Positions 1 through 12,674 of a stretch of 64,000 nt of DNA are shown piece after piece (the first letter of the stretch is position 1; every line of letters begins with the position of its first letter). Both the position numbers and the translations under genes were made by a program. Below the pieces are notes generated by a model, which was not told the origin of the DNA, did not search any database, and saw only the letters and a list, made by a program, of their open reading frames with translations. This DNA is from Tubulanus polymorphus. Lineage: Eukaryota > Animalia > Nemertea. Where the stretch lies: positions 8,892,850 to 8,956,849 of the forward strand of contig NC_134029.1 of NCBI RefSeq assembly GCF_964204645.1. The letters run 5' to 3'.

Positions 1-1284
1 ATTCAGTTCTATTAAAATGCCAATCAATGGGATACCCACGTCGGGTTTTTAAATTGGTACTGCAATCATCTCAGTCCGGCGTTACGGGTTTCATGCGTTC
101 ATGGGAATCCGGCTGCGGGATTTCTTCGTCAAAGGCAGGGGCTAAGCCAAGATTTTCTGAATTTTCGAAGGTTCATTTCGGGGGAAATGAAAACTGGAAT
201 AGGGGTAATCGAAATATTTTTTTTTCTGGGCGAAAGTTCGCGTCTGGAAGGACCTACGTACCTCGACGTCTCCCTCGCTCGTGGCACTCGGCAACTTTTG
301 GGGATTAAAAAGAAAAAAGACAGAAAGAAAGTAAGAGACCTGACTTGATGCGTCTGATTTAGATTCGTTCTGACGAAAAATTCGTGAGCGTACTGGCTGA
401 TATTTAATATCCGTAATGTGTTTTGCAGACACCTCGTGTAGATCCAGTCAGTATGTTCTTGTTTGCACTTTCCTTTCGATAAACCGAAGGCCATTATGAA
501 ATGTATCTGATCGCATCGCGCATTAAATCAACAACCGGCGGTCAATGTTACTCGGCAGAAGCTACTGTCGTATATTAGCCGAGATTTACTTGACTTGCGA
601 CACACGACTTTCGACACTCTCCTCACTCGATTCGGCCGGGTGATTATTTGCATTCGGTCTCGCAATCTCGTCACTGAAGTTTATTGCTCTCCCACGATAT
701 GAATCTTCAAAGCATCTTCTCGATAAATGTTATGAATTGTCACCTTTCCGATCGTTTACCGGCTGCTCCTGGTAACAGGATCACAACTCGCCGACCGGGT
801 CACGATCTAAGTACATCGTGTCTTTAATTGATCAGTTTTCCCGTATTTAATTTGAGGGATTGTCGGTACGGTGAATTTCAAAGGGTATTTGACAATGAAG
901 AAGACAAAAAGTTTCCAGTTTTTGGGCCTAGCCATGCTGTGGTGGTCCCTCGAAAAGCATCACAGCAATAGGGACATCGAGGGACTGCCACAACACAGTG
1001 CCCACTGGAAACATCTTTATTTTGTCTAAGTCTTTCATAGCAGTCATTCTTAGAAATTCATTTTTTGCATAAAACAGAATTGCACAGAAAATGATTTTCA
1101 TTCATGTTTCTATCATTTTTGTCGACGGCGGTCATTTTTCTGCGTTAATAAATCACTCATGAAAATAATCGATTTTTTTTCATATTTCGTTATTTTTTTC
1201 TTAAGGTTGAGGTTGATCCTCAATATCAGAATTTACATTATCGCTGCATCATCGTCATCGTTTGTCTTTTTTTCTTTATTATAG

Positions 1285-1437
1285 GTGAATATTCGTCGCT
1301 CAGAGTTCAGTTTCAACTGCAACGACATATGGGATATTTTCTCATTCAAGTGTATGTGCCTTGTACGTTAATAGTGGTGCTTTCCTGGGTTTCTTTTTGG
1401 CTCAATCGGGAGGCGACTGCTGATCGAATAGGATTAG
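1285..1437 (+). CDS. CG8916-like subunit exon (pre-M1/M1, 153 nt)
   Basis: ttatag acceptor, G|gtaagg donor; [50 protein letters not shown]. Absent from the ORF track. Confidence 0.93.
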
Positions 1438-4400
1438 GTAAGGGTTGATGATAATACGACCACACAACCGTAAAAAAGATGTATTCAATTTTGTCGAACC
1501 TTCACAGCTTATACACGATGCTGAGGATAGCGGCGAGACGCTGCAAAGTACGAAAAACCTATATGAAAGGACCCGTACTAGGGCAACGTTTCGAATTCCC
1601 GCGCGTACAATGTTGAACTATCTATGGTAATGTCATTGTCTATGTATAAACTTCTAAATTGAATCGGTTAGCCCTAAGAATATTTCGATCGCACGATCAA
1701 ACATTTCGTTCCTACGAAAAGATTTTCGTTCGAACGAAAATATTAATTCGTTTGAATGAAAAGATTATTTCTTTAGATTAGAATAGATTATTTCGTTCCC
1801 ACGTAAAACTTTTACGAAAAACATTTCGTTCTAACGAAAATAAATTATTTTTCACCATGTCACCGCCGGGGCTCTGTACTAGCTTGTAGTATTGTTAATG
1901 ATAATCATACATGCTAGAGTAATACTAATGGTGGAAACCACGCGTGATTCTTTTAGCTTAGAACTCGATTTATTGGCTATGGAATTTAGTCAGACCATTA
2001 AAAAATTATGCATGTCCATACCTGTGGAGACCATGTGAACTTTGATAACCCGTACCCGTGGAGACCGGGAACCATCGGAGGTTAACAATGTATGTAGCAA
2101 CGCGTGACTCGAACTTCTGCTCTACTAAGTGATAACATGTACGGTACTTTATTGTAAAATTGTTTTGATACAGTTATAGTAAATAATTAGAATTCTTATT
2201 AATTGGCCGAAATTTTCTATTTGCCTCCGTTTAGCCTCCCCTACGAGTATTTTCACACCCGTTCATAGCCGTTGCATTAGTTCACATACCATGATTGACT
2301 ACCACGCGAAATTTGAAGTCCAATTCTTCTCCGCGGCGACAGTATTTGGTACAAAGTGTCGTATCAATAAATTGATTGAAAACCAGGGAAAAAATAAAAA
2401 ATGTCATTTTCCCCAGTGGAACACTGGGCTTTTTCAATGTGTAGATTGCGATTACAGTCACTCGGGATGTCAGTAGTGTGCTAAATGTATTTCGTAAAAG
2501 AGGATCGTGTCGTAATTAGTGAATTTCCGCGTAGTGACCTTCTATTTTGTTCGAGATGTCAAGTCGGGTCTCGTCGGACTGGCGAAAGAGAGTAATTGCA
2601 CGCGAACGTCGCTGAAACTTTAGCAATTCGTCATCAGGCTCTGTGACGTTTCTCATCATATGCAATGTATACGTTTGAAACCCGCAAAGTGTTCCCACAA
2701 TGCCGCCACTGGTATTCGCATTAGTTCGATGATAGCTAATTTAAAAACCGATGTAAATCGCATTTACATTCGTCTAGATAACAGGGGATTTTTACGTTGT
2801 TGGGATCTTGCTCGATCGCACGCGAATTCCGCTTCATCGCACGAATTCTATTCGGATGTCATTTATCTTCTTTAAATCATCCAACAACTGATAATGCATT
2901 TATCAGCCAAACATGCCTACTATCTAAAGTATAGAAAATGCGGCTGATATTTGCCCGGATTACTTAAAACAATTCGAAAATTTAAGCTCCAAATAACGCT
3001 TAAATGACGCAGTTTCCTACGCAGTTGCCCTCTATATAGCAGGATACAGATTTTCTGAGAAAAAAGTTCTTCAATCTTCGGTATTCCAGCATTGTCGAAA
3101 GCCCAACGTAATACGCATGCACATACCGGTATGCTTCTTGATGCGGGAGTTTCTATAACAAAAAAATCACAATTTTTATGGTGGTTGATCCGGTCAGAAA
3201 TAAATTTCTTTTGTTTTCTCGTGGTGAGAAAGCAGAAACAGAGTATCTTCTTTCGCGAGAAAAGTAAATTTCTTTCAAAAAACTACCAGCCCGTTAGGCC
3301 AGTAGTTTTTAACCAATTGTTTTCGCTGCCTGAACTTTTTTGGCTCAAGAGTTTTGTTTGCTTGTATTCGATTTATTCTCCTATTCGCGTTCGACCTCAA
3401 TTCGTTTCTGCATCGTTTCAGGAATAACGACTGTGCTAACGTTGACAACGTTGTCGATGGATAGCCGCGAAAATCTGCCCAAAGTGAAATACGCCACTGC
3501 GCTGGACTGGTTCATAATCATGTGCTTTTCGTACATAATCGCCACAATGCTCGAATTCGCTGCTGTCCACTATTTCACGAAGATCGGCTACGGCGAGGTA
3601 CAACACGAGTCGGACAGCTCCGACGACAGCTCCGACGACGAGACGGACGATGACGACGAAGTCACAAGAGCCGACGTGGTATGCAATAATGACGTAATAT
3701 CGGTATGTTTGTCTTCCCTCCCGCTTTTTGTGTCTGAGAAACCGCTCGTGAAAATGCGCGCTGTAAAAACCGCAGAAGATCGGGAAACTTAGGCTTTACA
3801 ACATTGTATTCATTTTCACAGAACTGTGGTCACTTGAGGTGGATCTAGGGGGTGAACTCGGGGCGGAGCGCGTCCGGACCACTGAGGTTGTCCTCTTCAT
3901 CAATACGCAGATACTTAAAACTTGCACATTTGACACACTCGTTCTCTCGAAGTTTGCATCTATAAGGATATCTATAAAAATATATCTACACCGAGGTTTG
4001 GCCCCCGCTAGTGGGCTTTTGTGTGTAAAAAAATTCATACTAGCAACAAAAATTCATACTGGCTTCCTGAGCTGAGAAATTCCTTTTTGTTTCAAGCCGA
4101 AATGAAAATTTGTGTCATTTTGAGTTTTCCTAACGAAATTGAGCAGTATTGTCTAAGTGACTGACGCTTAATTTATCCGACACTGATGTTTCACGCAACT
4201 TAACCGTAAACTTAGCATTTCCCTCGTGTCGACGTATGCCACACGACCCAGTTTCTTATATTAGCTAACATATCTTCTTATCAATCTTTAGGATTTAGCC
4301 CTCGTTCAATCTCCAATTTTGTACTTTTATGACATAACATTAAATGGCCGTAAAACATGTTAATGTAACAACTGTCAATGAACCGTCCCGAGTATTATTT

Positions 4401-6051
4401 CGCCTTTACGGTGTTCTTTACAAAAACAGCTTTCCACGGGTTTTCGCCAATTTCGGGAAAACGCTTTAAATAGTCGCGTTCGCTTGTTGTGACGACATAA
4501 TTATCATCCCATGATGTGCTTTCCTTTCGCTTTTGTTATACAACTTAGTCGTTGGGAAACGGCCTCGCGGCTATGATGTATATATGCGGGTTACCTGGAA
4601 AAGAACATGCGATTTTGCTTTCCACTTGATTATACAGTCGTGTCACTTGTTTCTAATCCGATGACCGTTTGTCGATATCGTCCATGTCCTTGTTGATTCT
4701 GTTAGCGATCGACCTTTACATGTATATGTATGTATATGTATATCCCCGCGCTTCTTACGTGTGAATACATGTATATCAATATGAACGCACAAAACTATGA
4801 CTTTAAGAGATGTTGTAAGTGCAATTTGTGTATAACATCACTTTTGATAAAGGAAAAACCAAACTCATTGGAATCTAATCAAATATATGCGTATCGAAGT
4901 GACAAGAAAATAATTAACAAGATATTCCTTGATAGATTATTCCGTAAAGGATAAGGCATCGACATCTTCTGGTTGATATACGTATGTGTTCCAAAACTTG
5001 TGTCAAAAGTTGTCAGTTAACTGTTAACTCTCTGAGTCAAAATCAATTTATTTTCAATGAGTTAACTCAGAGTCAAATTAAACTCAGAACTGTAGAACCG
5101 GATCCAGGATGAAAAGTTACAGAAACAATCTGCTAAGCTGGATCTTTGGTCTGTAAAATACAAACTGTATATAAGCCTTTGTGTAAAAAATGAAAAGTTT
5201 GCGAAATGGAATGAAATGTTCTACATCACGATTGATAAGACAAATCGTGTTGCGACGAAAGCATTCAGAGAATCCCACAAATAATGATGAAAAATAAAGT
5301 CCGAAAATGTTTCTCTGAGCTGGTAGTTTATTCAACGTTTCGACTTTATTCTAATAGCGCACACCAGGAATAGTGAAGGAAACGTTTTCGGACTTAATTT
5401 GTCTTCGTTATTGTGGTATTCTTGTTATACTAATATTCTACGTGCTATTTATGTTATATGAAAGCACCGCCGATAAAGAAATCTGGTCCTGGATCAAGTT
5501 CCGCAGTCGTGAGTTAGTGTTAACTCGGAGTTAGGATTGGTTCATTTCCGATGAGTTAATTCCGAGTCAAATTTTAATTCACAACTGTGGAACTGGGTCC
5601 AGAGCGTTATTTTTGCGTCTTTTACGATTATTGAGGTTTCTATACCGAACTAAACGCGTTGTCTTTCTTCTCTTCATTGCAGCGTAATTTGGTGTATAAC
5701 TACACGACGCCTCGCGCCAACCACCAGTCATCGAACAATATAGTGCGCGGATACGGAACGAATAATTCGGCGGCCGTCATACACGCGGTCGATACGGAAG
5801 AACGGAAATTCTCTAAACGCTCGTTGTGGTGCGACATTCTCCACTGCCTGAAAGGAAGCGCCCGTTATAAGAACCTGATCGTCAAGCAGCGCACTCGCCA
5901 GGGGGCGGTGAACAGCGTCAGCACCGTGGATAAAGTCGCTCGAATTCTATTTCCGTTGTCTTTCGCCGCGTTGAACATCGCCTACTGGATAGCGTACACG
6001 AAATCAGATGCCATGACGTTACAGCGGAAATTAGACAAATACGTCAGATAG
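1285..6051 (+). CDS. Cys-loop GABA-receptor-like subunit, CG8916-like; 3' part, join(1285..1437,3422..3702,5683..6051); 5' exons lie upstream of the window
   Basis: Spliced in frame across GT-AG introns: [16 protein letters not shown] (M1), [26 protein letters not shown] (M2), [13 protein letters not shown] (M3), [15 protein letters not shown]...YWIAY (M4). The [16 protein letters not shown] signature resembles the insect CG8916 subunit. Confidence 0.92.
3422..3702 (+). CDS. CG8916-like subunit exon (M2-M3 and acidic loop)
   Basis: tttcag acceptor; [30 protein letters not shown]...HYFTK; donor TCG|gtatgt, with an alternative in-phase donor after 3678. Confidence 0.9.
5267..5422 (-). mobile_element. 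Hairpin element with degenerate minimal hammerhead-like loop (Penelope-like terminal remnant)
   Basis: Arms gaatcccacaa..agtccgaaaatgttt / aaacgttttcggact..ttgtggtattc; close homolog of 39119-39298. Confidence 0.65.
5488..5602. mobile_element. Short palindromic MITE (PIF/Harbinger-like); related copies at ~4987-5107, 22765-22828 and 42849-42932
   Basis: Ends ctggatcaagttccgcagt / actgtggaactgggtccag; shared core tgagttaactcagagtcaaat. Confidence 0.65.
5683..6051 (+). CDS. CG8916-like subunit last exon (M4)
   Basis: Polypyrimidine tract + ttgcag acceptor in phase 0; [26 protein letters not shown]; TAG at 6049-6051. Confidence 0.92.
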   Translation, partial: RNLVYNYTTPRANHQSSNNIVRGYGTNNSAAVIHAVDTEERKFSKRSLWCDILHCLKGSARYKNLIVKQRTRQGAVNSVSTVDKVARILFPLSFAALNIAYWIAYTKSDAMTLQRKLDKYVR

Positions 6052-7119
6052 TTCGTTCGTGATTATTCTACACCCGAAATTGTTTCTTACCAGTACTAGT
6101 TCGTTTTTCTACACAGATGGCGCTGTTATTCTCTTGCGACAGAAGCGCTATCTTTATACATAGTTCAGTGGAATGATTAAAACCGATGTATGTCTAACCG
6201 AGTTTGAAAAAACGGGGTCGCTATATGTCAATCGCTGTTTAATCTGGATCAGTTTAATTCTCAATTAGATCTGACCCATATATTATTTAAACACGTAATG
6301 CATTCAAACTTTAATCGGATAGTTTTTCTTATCTGGATACCGGTATTTCATAAACTCGATCAATACATCCAGAATAAGATGGTTTTTTAATAGAAATTAT
6401 CCATTTTATCTAATTCGTGTTGATTTAGCTGCAGCGCAGGCTGCACAGAACTGGTAAAGAAGTTAACGTTATTCTATCACAAAACGAATTGCAGCGAAGC
6501 CCAAACTAAAAGAATTGATATCTATTTTGATCGACTGGACATATAAAACCCGAATGGGGCGATGCCCCGGCGGGTTTATGCGTTCACTTTTCGTCAGCGG
6601 TCCGTCCGTTTGTCGACAGGATCTAGATATTCTCGGGATTTTCAACCCACTTAGTACGGCCTTCATATTTGGATTAGCTTTGTATTTCTCTTCTTTAGAC
6701 GCATCTGCCATCTAAGCATGGCTCGATTAGAATCAGGATGGCCGATTTGTGGCCTTTGTTGGACTGCGAAATCAGCACTTTCGCACATAAAATGTATCGA
6801 TGTTTTCATGGGAAATTAGAAGTCGCTTTATAGATTGTCTTGAAGTTTGGATTGTGTATGCACATATCTCCGTACGCCCTATCCTCGGAGATGCTATGGC
6901 CGTTTTGTGCTTTGTCATACTAGATCGAAACTTGAGAGGGGTATACTTTTGGGAAGGAAAGACTTGAACAGACTGGTTTTTTGGATCAGTCAATTCAAAT
7001 GCAGTCAGTGGCTATCTTAGTTTCACCAGTTCTCGGTCATATCTGGGTTTTCGAAGAAATTATCAACAGCTTTTAACTTATAGCCTTGATATCTGATAAC
7101 TGTTTGTACTGGCAGAACA

Positions 7120-7440
7120 CCAAGGGAGTTGAATATTGAAATATGTTAAATATTTCCATCTATGTAAGTATGCATATTTTGTTATCAAAATCAATAGCAA
7201 AGTTTTAATGTTCTATAATTGTAGTGATTTTCAAGGTCGTTAATTTTTGTATATGTCCACCAGGGAGCATTGGAATTTGTAATTACATCATATTTCCATT
7301 CATATTGGGGTCTGTGCATGTTTTGTTACCAGGTTCAATTGTCAAGTTGTAGCTTACGATATGTTCTACGATTGTGACGAGTTATGAGATCATTGGTTTC
7401 TGTATATGTTCGCCAGGGGGCATTGAATATTGAAATTGTC
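7120..7440. repeat. Degenerate tandem repeat, unit ~140-155 bp, ~2.2 copies
   Basis: Recurrent caggg(a/g)gcattg..atttccat..tgcat(a/g)ttttgtta..atgttcta..tgtatatgt. Confidence 0.7.
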
Positions 7441-8309
7441 GCAGTGAGCATTTCAGACCACTTAGCAAGTGGGTATGGTGTCTCTGGATCCCTAAATGAT
7501 TGATAGACTTATTATAAGCAGCCATCTTATACACGTTTGCTTATATCATAATATCATCGATATCATCTAATTCATTATGACTGCAGTTTTGTTGTGCGCG
7601 GAAAGATACGTAACAACGCTGCTAGGAGACTCACATTACGTCCTTATTTTCTTCAATCAAATTAACCTTTTGAAATGTGCAAACTTTGCGGAATTTTGTA
7701 AGAATAACTGTGAAAGCAATGGAATTCTGGAGTCACATATAATTGAAGTCCAAACCCGGCATGCGTCATTTTTAGGCGCAGTGCTAATGTTACCAAGACG
7801 TGATATTTTGTGTCTAGCCCTGATTGTCTTCTTAACCGATATAATTTTTATCTATGGTGCATGCAAATGAATGTCATCTATAAAATCTGGTTCTTCTGAA
7901 AAGGTTACGGGTGCTTTGAACGATATTAAGCCGAATGTTGTTATACAAATGGATATATATATATATATATACATACACATCTATAATTTATTGTCGAATG
8001 ATTTTCTTAGAATTGTAAATCAGAGTTACCTGTTTGATTAAATGATTTTTGAATGAATAAAAATCGTCGTTTGTTTTTTGTTAGTAAGAGACATTCCAAC
8101 CCAGAAAGATAAAAACGTAGACGCGATTGTCACCTTTCCTGCTTACCCAATGCCAAAATGTTAGCCATGAATTTCAACCTCTCGGTTGTCGATAATTGTT
8201 TACTCTTTCACGCGAGGAATCATTAAGTTTTGAATGACATTTACTCAAATCATTTACACAGCAATAGGGGACAAGATTTTTTTTTCATTCCTGATTAAAT
8301 GAATTGAAA

Positions 8310-8635
8310 AAAATTATGAATAGGCTTTTACCGAATGTGAGAAGTCCGGATAGCGTACACAAAAAGAGCAAGCGAATTTCTGAATCTAGATTTTAAGCAT
8401 TCGACATACGTAGATCATGTCAGTTTCGTCTTCAATTCGTCATTTTAATCGATTTTGAGGAATTAAGAATAGGTATTAACTGAATCTAAGAATTCCGGAC
8501 GGTGTACACGACGATAGGACAAGTGACAATCACGCGTCTAGACAAACTGTCACACTCGTCTTAAATTTGTTATTAAATGAATTTAGAATTATATCAGGAA
8601 TAGGTTTTAATCGAATCTTAGAAGGTGCGGCATAG
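8310..8635. repeat. Degenerate tandem repeat, unit ~130-150 bp, ~2.3 copies
   Basis: gaatagg..gaat(c/g)t.agaa..ccgga..gtacac recurs at ~8318, ~8467 and ~8598. Confidence 0.7.
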
Positions 8636-9719
8636 TTTTTTTTTGCGTACAGTCGTCACTTGGTGGACGCTCGCTTGCCAGAAGTGAATCCTCGATAGCC
8701 ACAGCACGCCTCGGACTGTGTTCTTCGGAGGCTCTATAGACCAAGTGTGCAAGGCGGCATTTTGGTCTTCGTCCACGTTTTCCTCATTTTATCTGAGGGA
8801 TGTTTCAGGACAGTTGGGTAGCATCTCTTTCCTGGGCCTGGTGGTTTGAGCTCAAGGGCTGAGATATCCCCCGAAACGGTTGGATTATGCGGTTCCCAGG
8901 GATCCTTTTTTGCCGGGTGCTGGGAAGTGAAACACAGTCGTGGTCTTGTTTCCCCGAGACGTATTGCGAGACTAGTTTTATTTCGTGAAAATAATATGGA
9001 ACCAAATTTGAAAAAAAGAAAAGATCGAATAAACTAGTGACCCTTTAGTCACACCCTCATTTGCCATTGTAGGGTCCTACTACTTCTTCTAATATAGGAA
9101 AGGAAATCACAATATTCTATACGATTGTAGATAATACATAAGTTACTTTTTTGATAGCGCTCGCTATTCCGACAAATTCGACTTTCAAACTCGATATTTC
9201 ACGTCGTATTGCTAAGACTAAGATCCTGTTTTATTCAAACAATCGAGGCTAAAAATCATTTCCGAAACGCCCTATCCACTTATCGCCGCATGACAAGTAA
9301 ATATAGTCACATGAAATGATCAGGACAAGTTGATCATAAGGCTGGATTACGTGAATAATAGAGACATCATGAAACCAAATTATGTCTGTCAAATATATTT
9401 AGTTAGGAAGAAATGAGAGCACATAAGACAAATTCTACGTGACGTTTAGGTTTGTACGTAGGTATACATTTGGGCAGTATTTCTAACACATTTCACAATT
9501 GAATCAATTTCCACATGCACTATATCATATAAAGTAATCTTTATTGATTATCGATATGGGCATGCACGACACACTTCATTTTAATCTCCCTATTTCTCCA
9601 AGGCGTCGATGAACATTCAAGTTTGTTTTTTTTTCATAAGTTTGAGGCGACATATTTTAGTAAATGACTTTAGGGAATATAGAGCCTAACCCCATTCGAA
9701 GCCCGGCACCGCGCAAATA

Positions 9720-9817
9720 CCTGATAATGAATAAAAGGCAAATCAGTCGAAACGTTGCAGTTTATAGATAATTCAAAATCTTATTTCGTAAATTTCCACT
9801 ATGAGATTTTCTATCTT
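9720..9817 (+). mobile_element. 3' half of a hammerhead-like/Penelope-terminal element
   Basis: cCTGATAAtgaat..agtcGAAACGTTgc followed by the family-like end actatgagattttctatc. Confidence 0.5.
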
Positions 9818-11756
9818 ACTGCCAGTACGATCAGTGACATCACGAAACTAATCATTATGCACCAATCATCTGCAAAGTTTTTTAAAGAAATGATTAATTC
9901 ATGTTCGTTAAATAGAGACATTTTTAAAAATGTTTGCTATATATATATCGGCGATTATCTAGCGAACGTCGCTATGAATTTCATACCGACCTAGTAACCG
10001 TGGAGACGGAGCGAATAAACAGACGGCGGGAAAATTTATAACGTTAACCGCTCATACAGTGCGGCAGTCACTCCGTCCTCGCAGCATACGACAATCGCCG
10101 CAAGACAATCCGTGGGATTCCGCATTATAATCCACAAAAAAAGGAACCAAAACACCGATTCAAAAGATTCATAGAAAATACATGTACAAGCATATAAATA
10201 ACGCAGACGGTATTTTATCGAACCAGGATTTTAACGGTTTTCGAATGAATAACGAAATGACAATTCGTGAGAGAAGGACGTCGTCGACACTTTTACTCGT
10301 TTTTCGTTTGCTTTTCGCTTTATCGAGCGAACAAACCTTCCTATCATTTTAGACAGCCGACCGGGCATTCAGACCGTGCGCGTACGGTCACAATCGCGCG
10401 GAGACCTGCAGGCGGTGAATGTGCATAACGAGAGGAGTTTTTACTGAAACGTATATTCGCAAAACAAACGGTAAGCTTAATAGCGGGGTGCCTTTGAATT
10501 TCTTAGATTAAGTTTTCATCACTTTTAGAGTATAAACCCAACTTTATTTTCAAATCGGGGAAGAGTTTTCAATAGGTTTATCGCTCAACCGCTTTATCGC
10601 TTTTATTCAATTGAGTTGAGAAACAAAAACCGGATCATTCTATGAATCTTTGGAGTAATCATTTGAGTAATCATCTGAGTCATCAAACGATTATACGGAG
10701 ATGAAATTGAAATCGAAGTATTACTGAATGATCCACAATCAACTGATTAATTTTGCGTCAGTAGTTTATAATACATAATTCGTATATCATGATGGTTAAT
10801 TTTACAATATGCGCGGTAAACTAGACAACGATATTTGCGTTCGTTCGGAAAGAACATCTGGGCATAAAGTCTATCGCTGCCGTTTCCAGGCGGCAGTAAA
10901 CAAAGCTTTTGTTTGCTCGGTTTATATAATGTATCGCGCAGGGATCTGACTACTACTAGGGTAACTACCGGAAAAATGCGCTATCACATTAGCGAGAATA
11001 ACCGTGTATCATAGAAACAGTGCCATATTTACTATAATCTACCGTGTCCGATAATCGGAGATCCTGCATGAATACACAAATTAATAGTTGATGGGATATC
11101 GACGAAATCTGATATTTCTATCCGCGTTATCGATAACCTTATTTCCCAGCGCTATAGGATCGTGAGGGCTTGGTATTCGGATATGTTGTTTTTTGACGTA
11201 CTGAAAAGTGGCCTACGAAATGATCAATCATTTTGGAATGTCAACACAAACGTTAACTTTATATACGCGACGCTATCGATATAAAATCGCATTAATTGAT
11301 AACAAATATTTGTATTTCAGATAACCTCACTACTACTTCACAGATCGAGTGAAATAGAAAAATCAGTCGGCTACCGTTGCCTTATTTGATCGCCGTGTGT
11401 CGGCGGCGGCGAGCTCGCTTTCTGTGTTTCTATTTCGCTTTACCGCGATTGAGGAAGGAAGTCGTTTAAAATAAAGCGAAACGTACATAATGGATGACAT
11501 GTCACAATTGGCATGGCGACAGTAAAAACTAACTCGATGCGGCTTATACGGCAGATGAAACGACGTGCTACCTGTGATATCTAGGATACCGAAGCTAATC
11601 TAGTGCGTATCTAGGCGGAGTATAGCCAAATCTGCATAGATTTTAGATGATTAGGACGCAGTTAATGTCCGGGTGATAAGACGAAAGGCTATACAGGTAT
11701 ATTAATACAGGTATCGATTTTGCTCACTTAAAAACGACGGGTATCGGGTTGTCAAA

Positions 11757-12674
11757 ATGAAACGCCAACCGTTGCAAAAACTCCCCGTTTTGCGGAACGG
11801 AAATGACGTCATCACGCCGCCCGTCAATACCCCGACGAGCGACCGTGAATTCGTGTATCCGCCTAGTAGCCAATCACGACGCCTCCGCTCTGACTCTCGC
11901 TCCAGCATGGGGACATCGGCGTCGTTCCGCAGCGGTCGAAGCTCCGTATGCGACGATTCGAGCGATCAAGAATCACGCCGACAACCGTCCCGATCGGACT
12001 CGAGGGCCAGTCTCGCGACTCGTAAAATATCGATGATCGAAACTTCGCGCTCCCAAGCAACCGTCAAAGCGAAAACGAGCGTTCCGAATTTCGCGTCATT
12101 CTCCAAAAAAGTGATGCACATGATGAGCTTCAAACGCCAGCTCGGATTCGGGAAAAGGGATCCGTATGAAAACGACCCGTTCGGTCCCATTCGAGAATTG
12201 CCCCGAATGCCGCGATTTAGCGCTACTTTGTCCGCCGAAGCACAGTACGCCATGATGAAAGGCTACGAAGACCTATTGGTCGGTTATTTGAAACAATACT
12301 ACCCCGAAAACGCGCTCTTTCTCCCGCGCACGAAAACTCCTCCGACCAAAAACATGAAAGTAGTTACCGTAGATATTCTGGACAACGAAAGCGTCCGCGA
12401 AATCGAGAAAGAGTCCGAAATTACCGAAACTGGTCGCACCGGGCAGATCGTACCTCACATGGTCCAGAGAGCGAACACCGAACCGGCTCGAAAGCAACTC
12501 GTAGTAACCTACCGCTTCCAGAATGCCATGGACATACTGGATGCCGTGAAAAAAGAGAAGGGCTACCATGTCACGTCTCCGAGGCCCTTGAAAAGAGACA
12601 TCACCCCGGTTATGTATTATAAATCGTGGGCGAATCACTGGGGAGATGAATTTAAATTCATGAGGAATAAATAA
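11757..12674 (+). CDS. Uncharacterised 305-aa protein: Ser/Arg-rich N-terminus, apparently structured C-terminal half; single coding exon
   Basis: Long ATG ORF in good context (aaaATGA) with GC above the flanks. Likely 5'UTR intron 10471-11320 (g|gtaagc ... tttcag). Confidence 0.85.
   Translation: MKRQPLQKLPVLRNGNDVITPPVNTPTSDREFVYPPSSQSRRLRSDSRSSMGTSASFRSGRSSVCDDSSDQESRRQPSRSDSRASLATRKISMIETSRSQATVKAKTSVPNFASFSKKVMHMMSFKRQLGFGKRDPYENDPFGPIRELPRMPRFSATLSAEAQYAMMKGYEDLLVGYLKQYYPENALFLPRTKTPPTKNMKVVTVDILDNESVREIEKESEITETGRTGQIVPHMVQRANTEPARKQLVVTYRFQNAMDILDAVKKEKGYHVTSPRPLKRDITPVMYYKSWANHWGDEFKFMRNK

Noticed and set aside
1690-1850. CRISPR-like array (tttcgttc..acgaaaa repeats)
   Set aside because: Irregular short units without unique spacers, eukaryotic intron context and no cas genes; likely MITE-internal repeats.
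2608-2640. Hammerhead on the minus strand (cCTGATGAcgaa..ttc)
   Set aside because: No GAAA, weak stem II and no family termini. Other isolated CTGATGA hits (~37618, ~55039, ~63990) also lack stem II.
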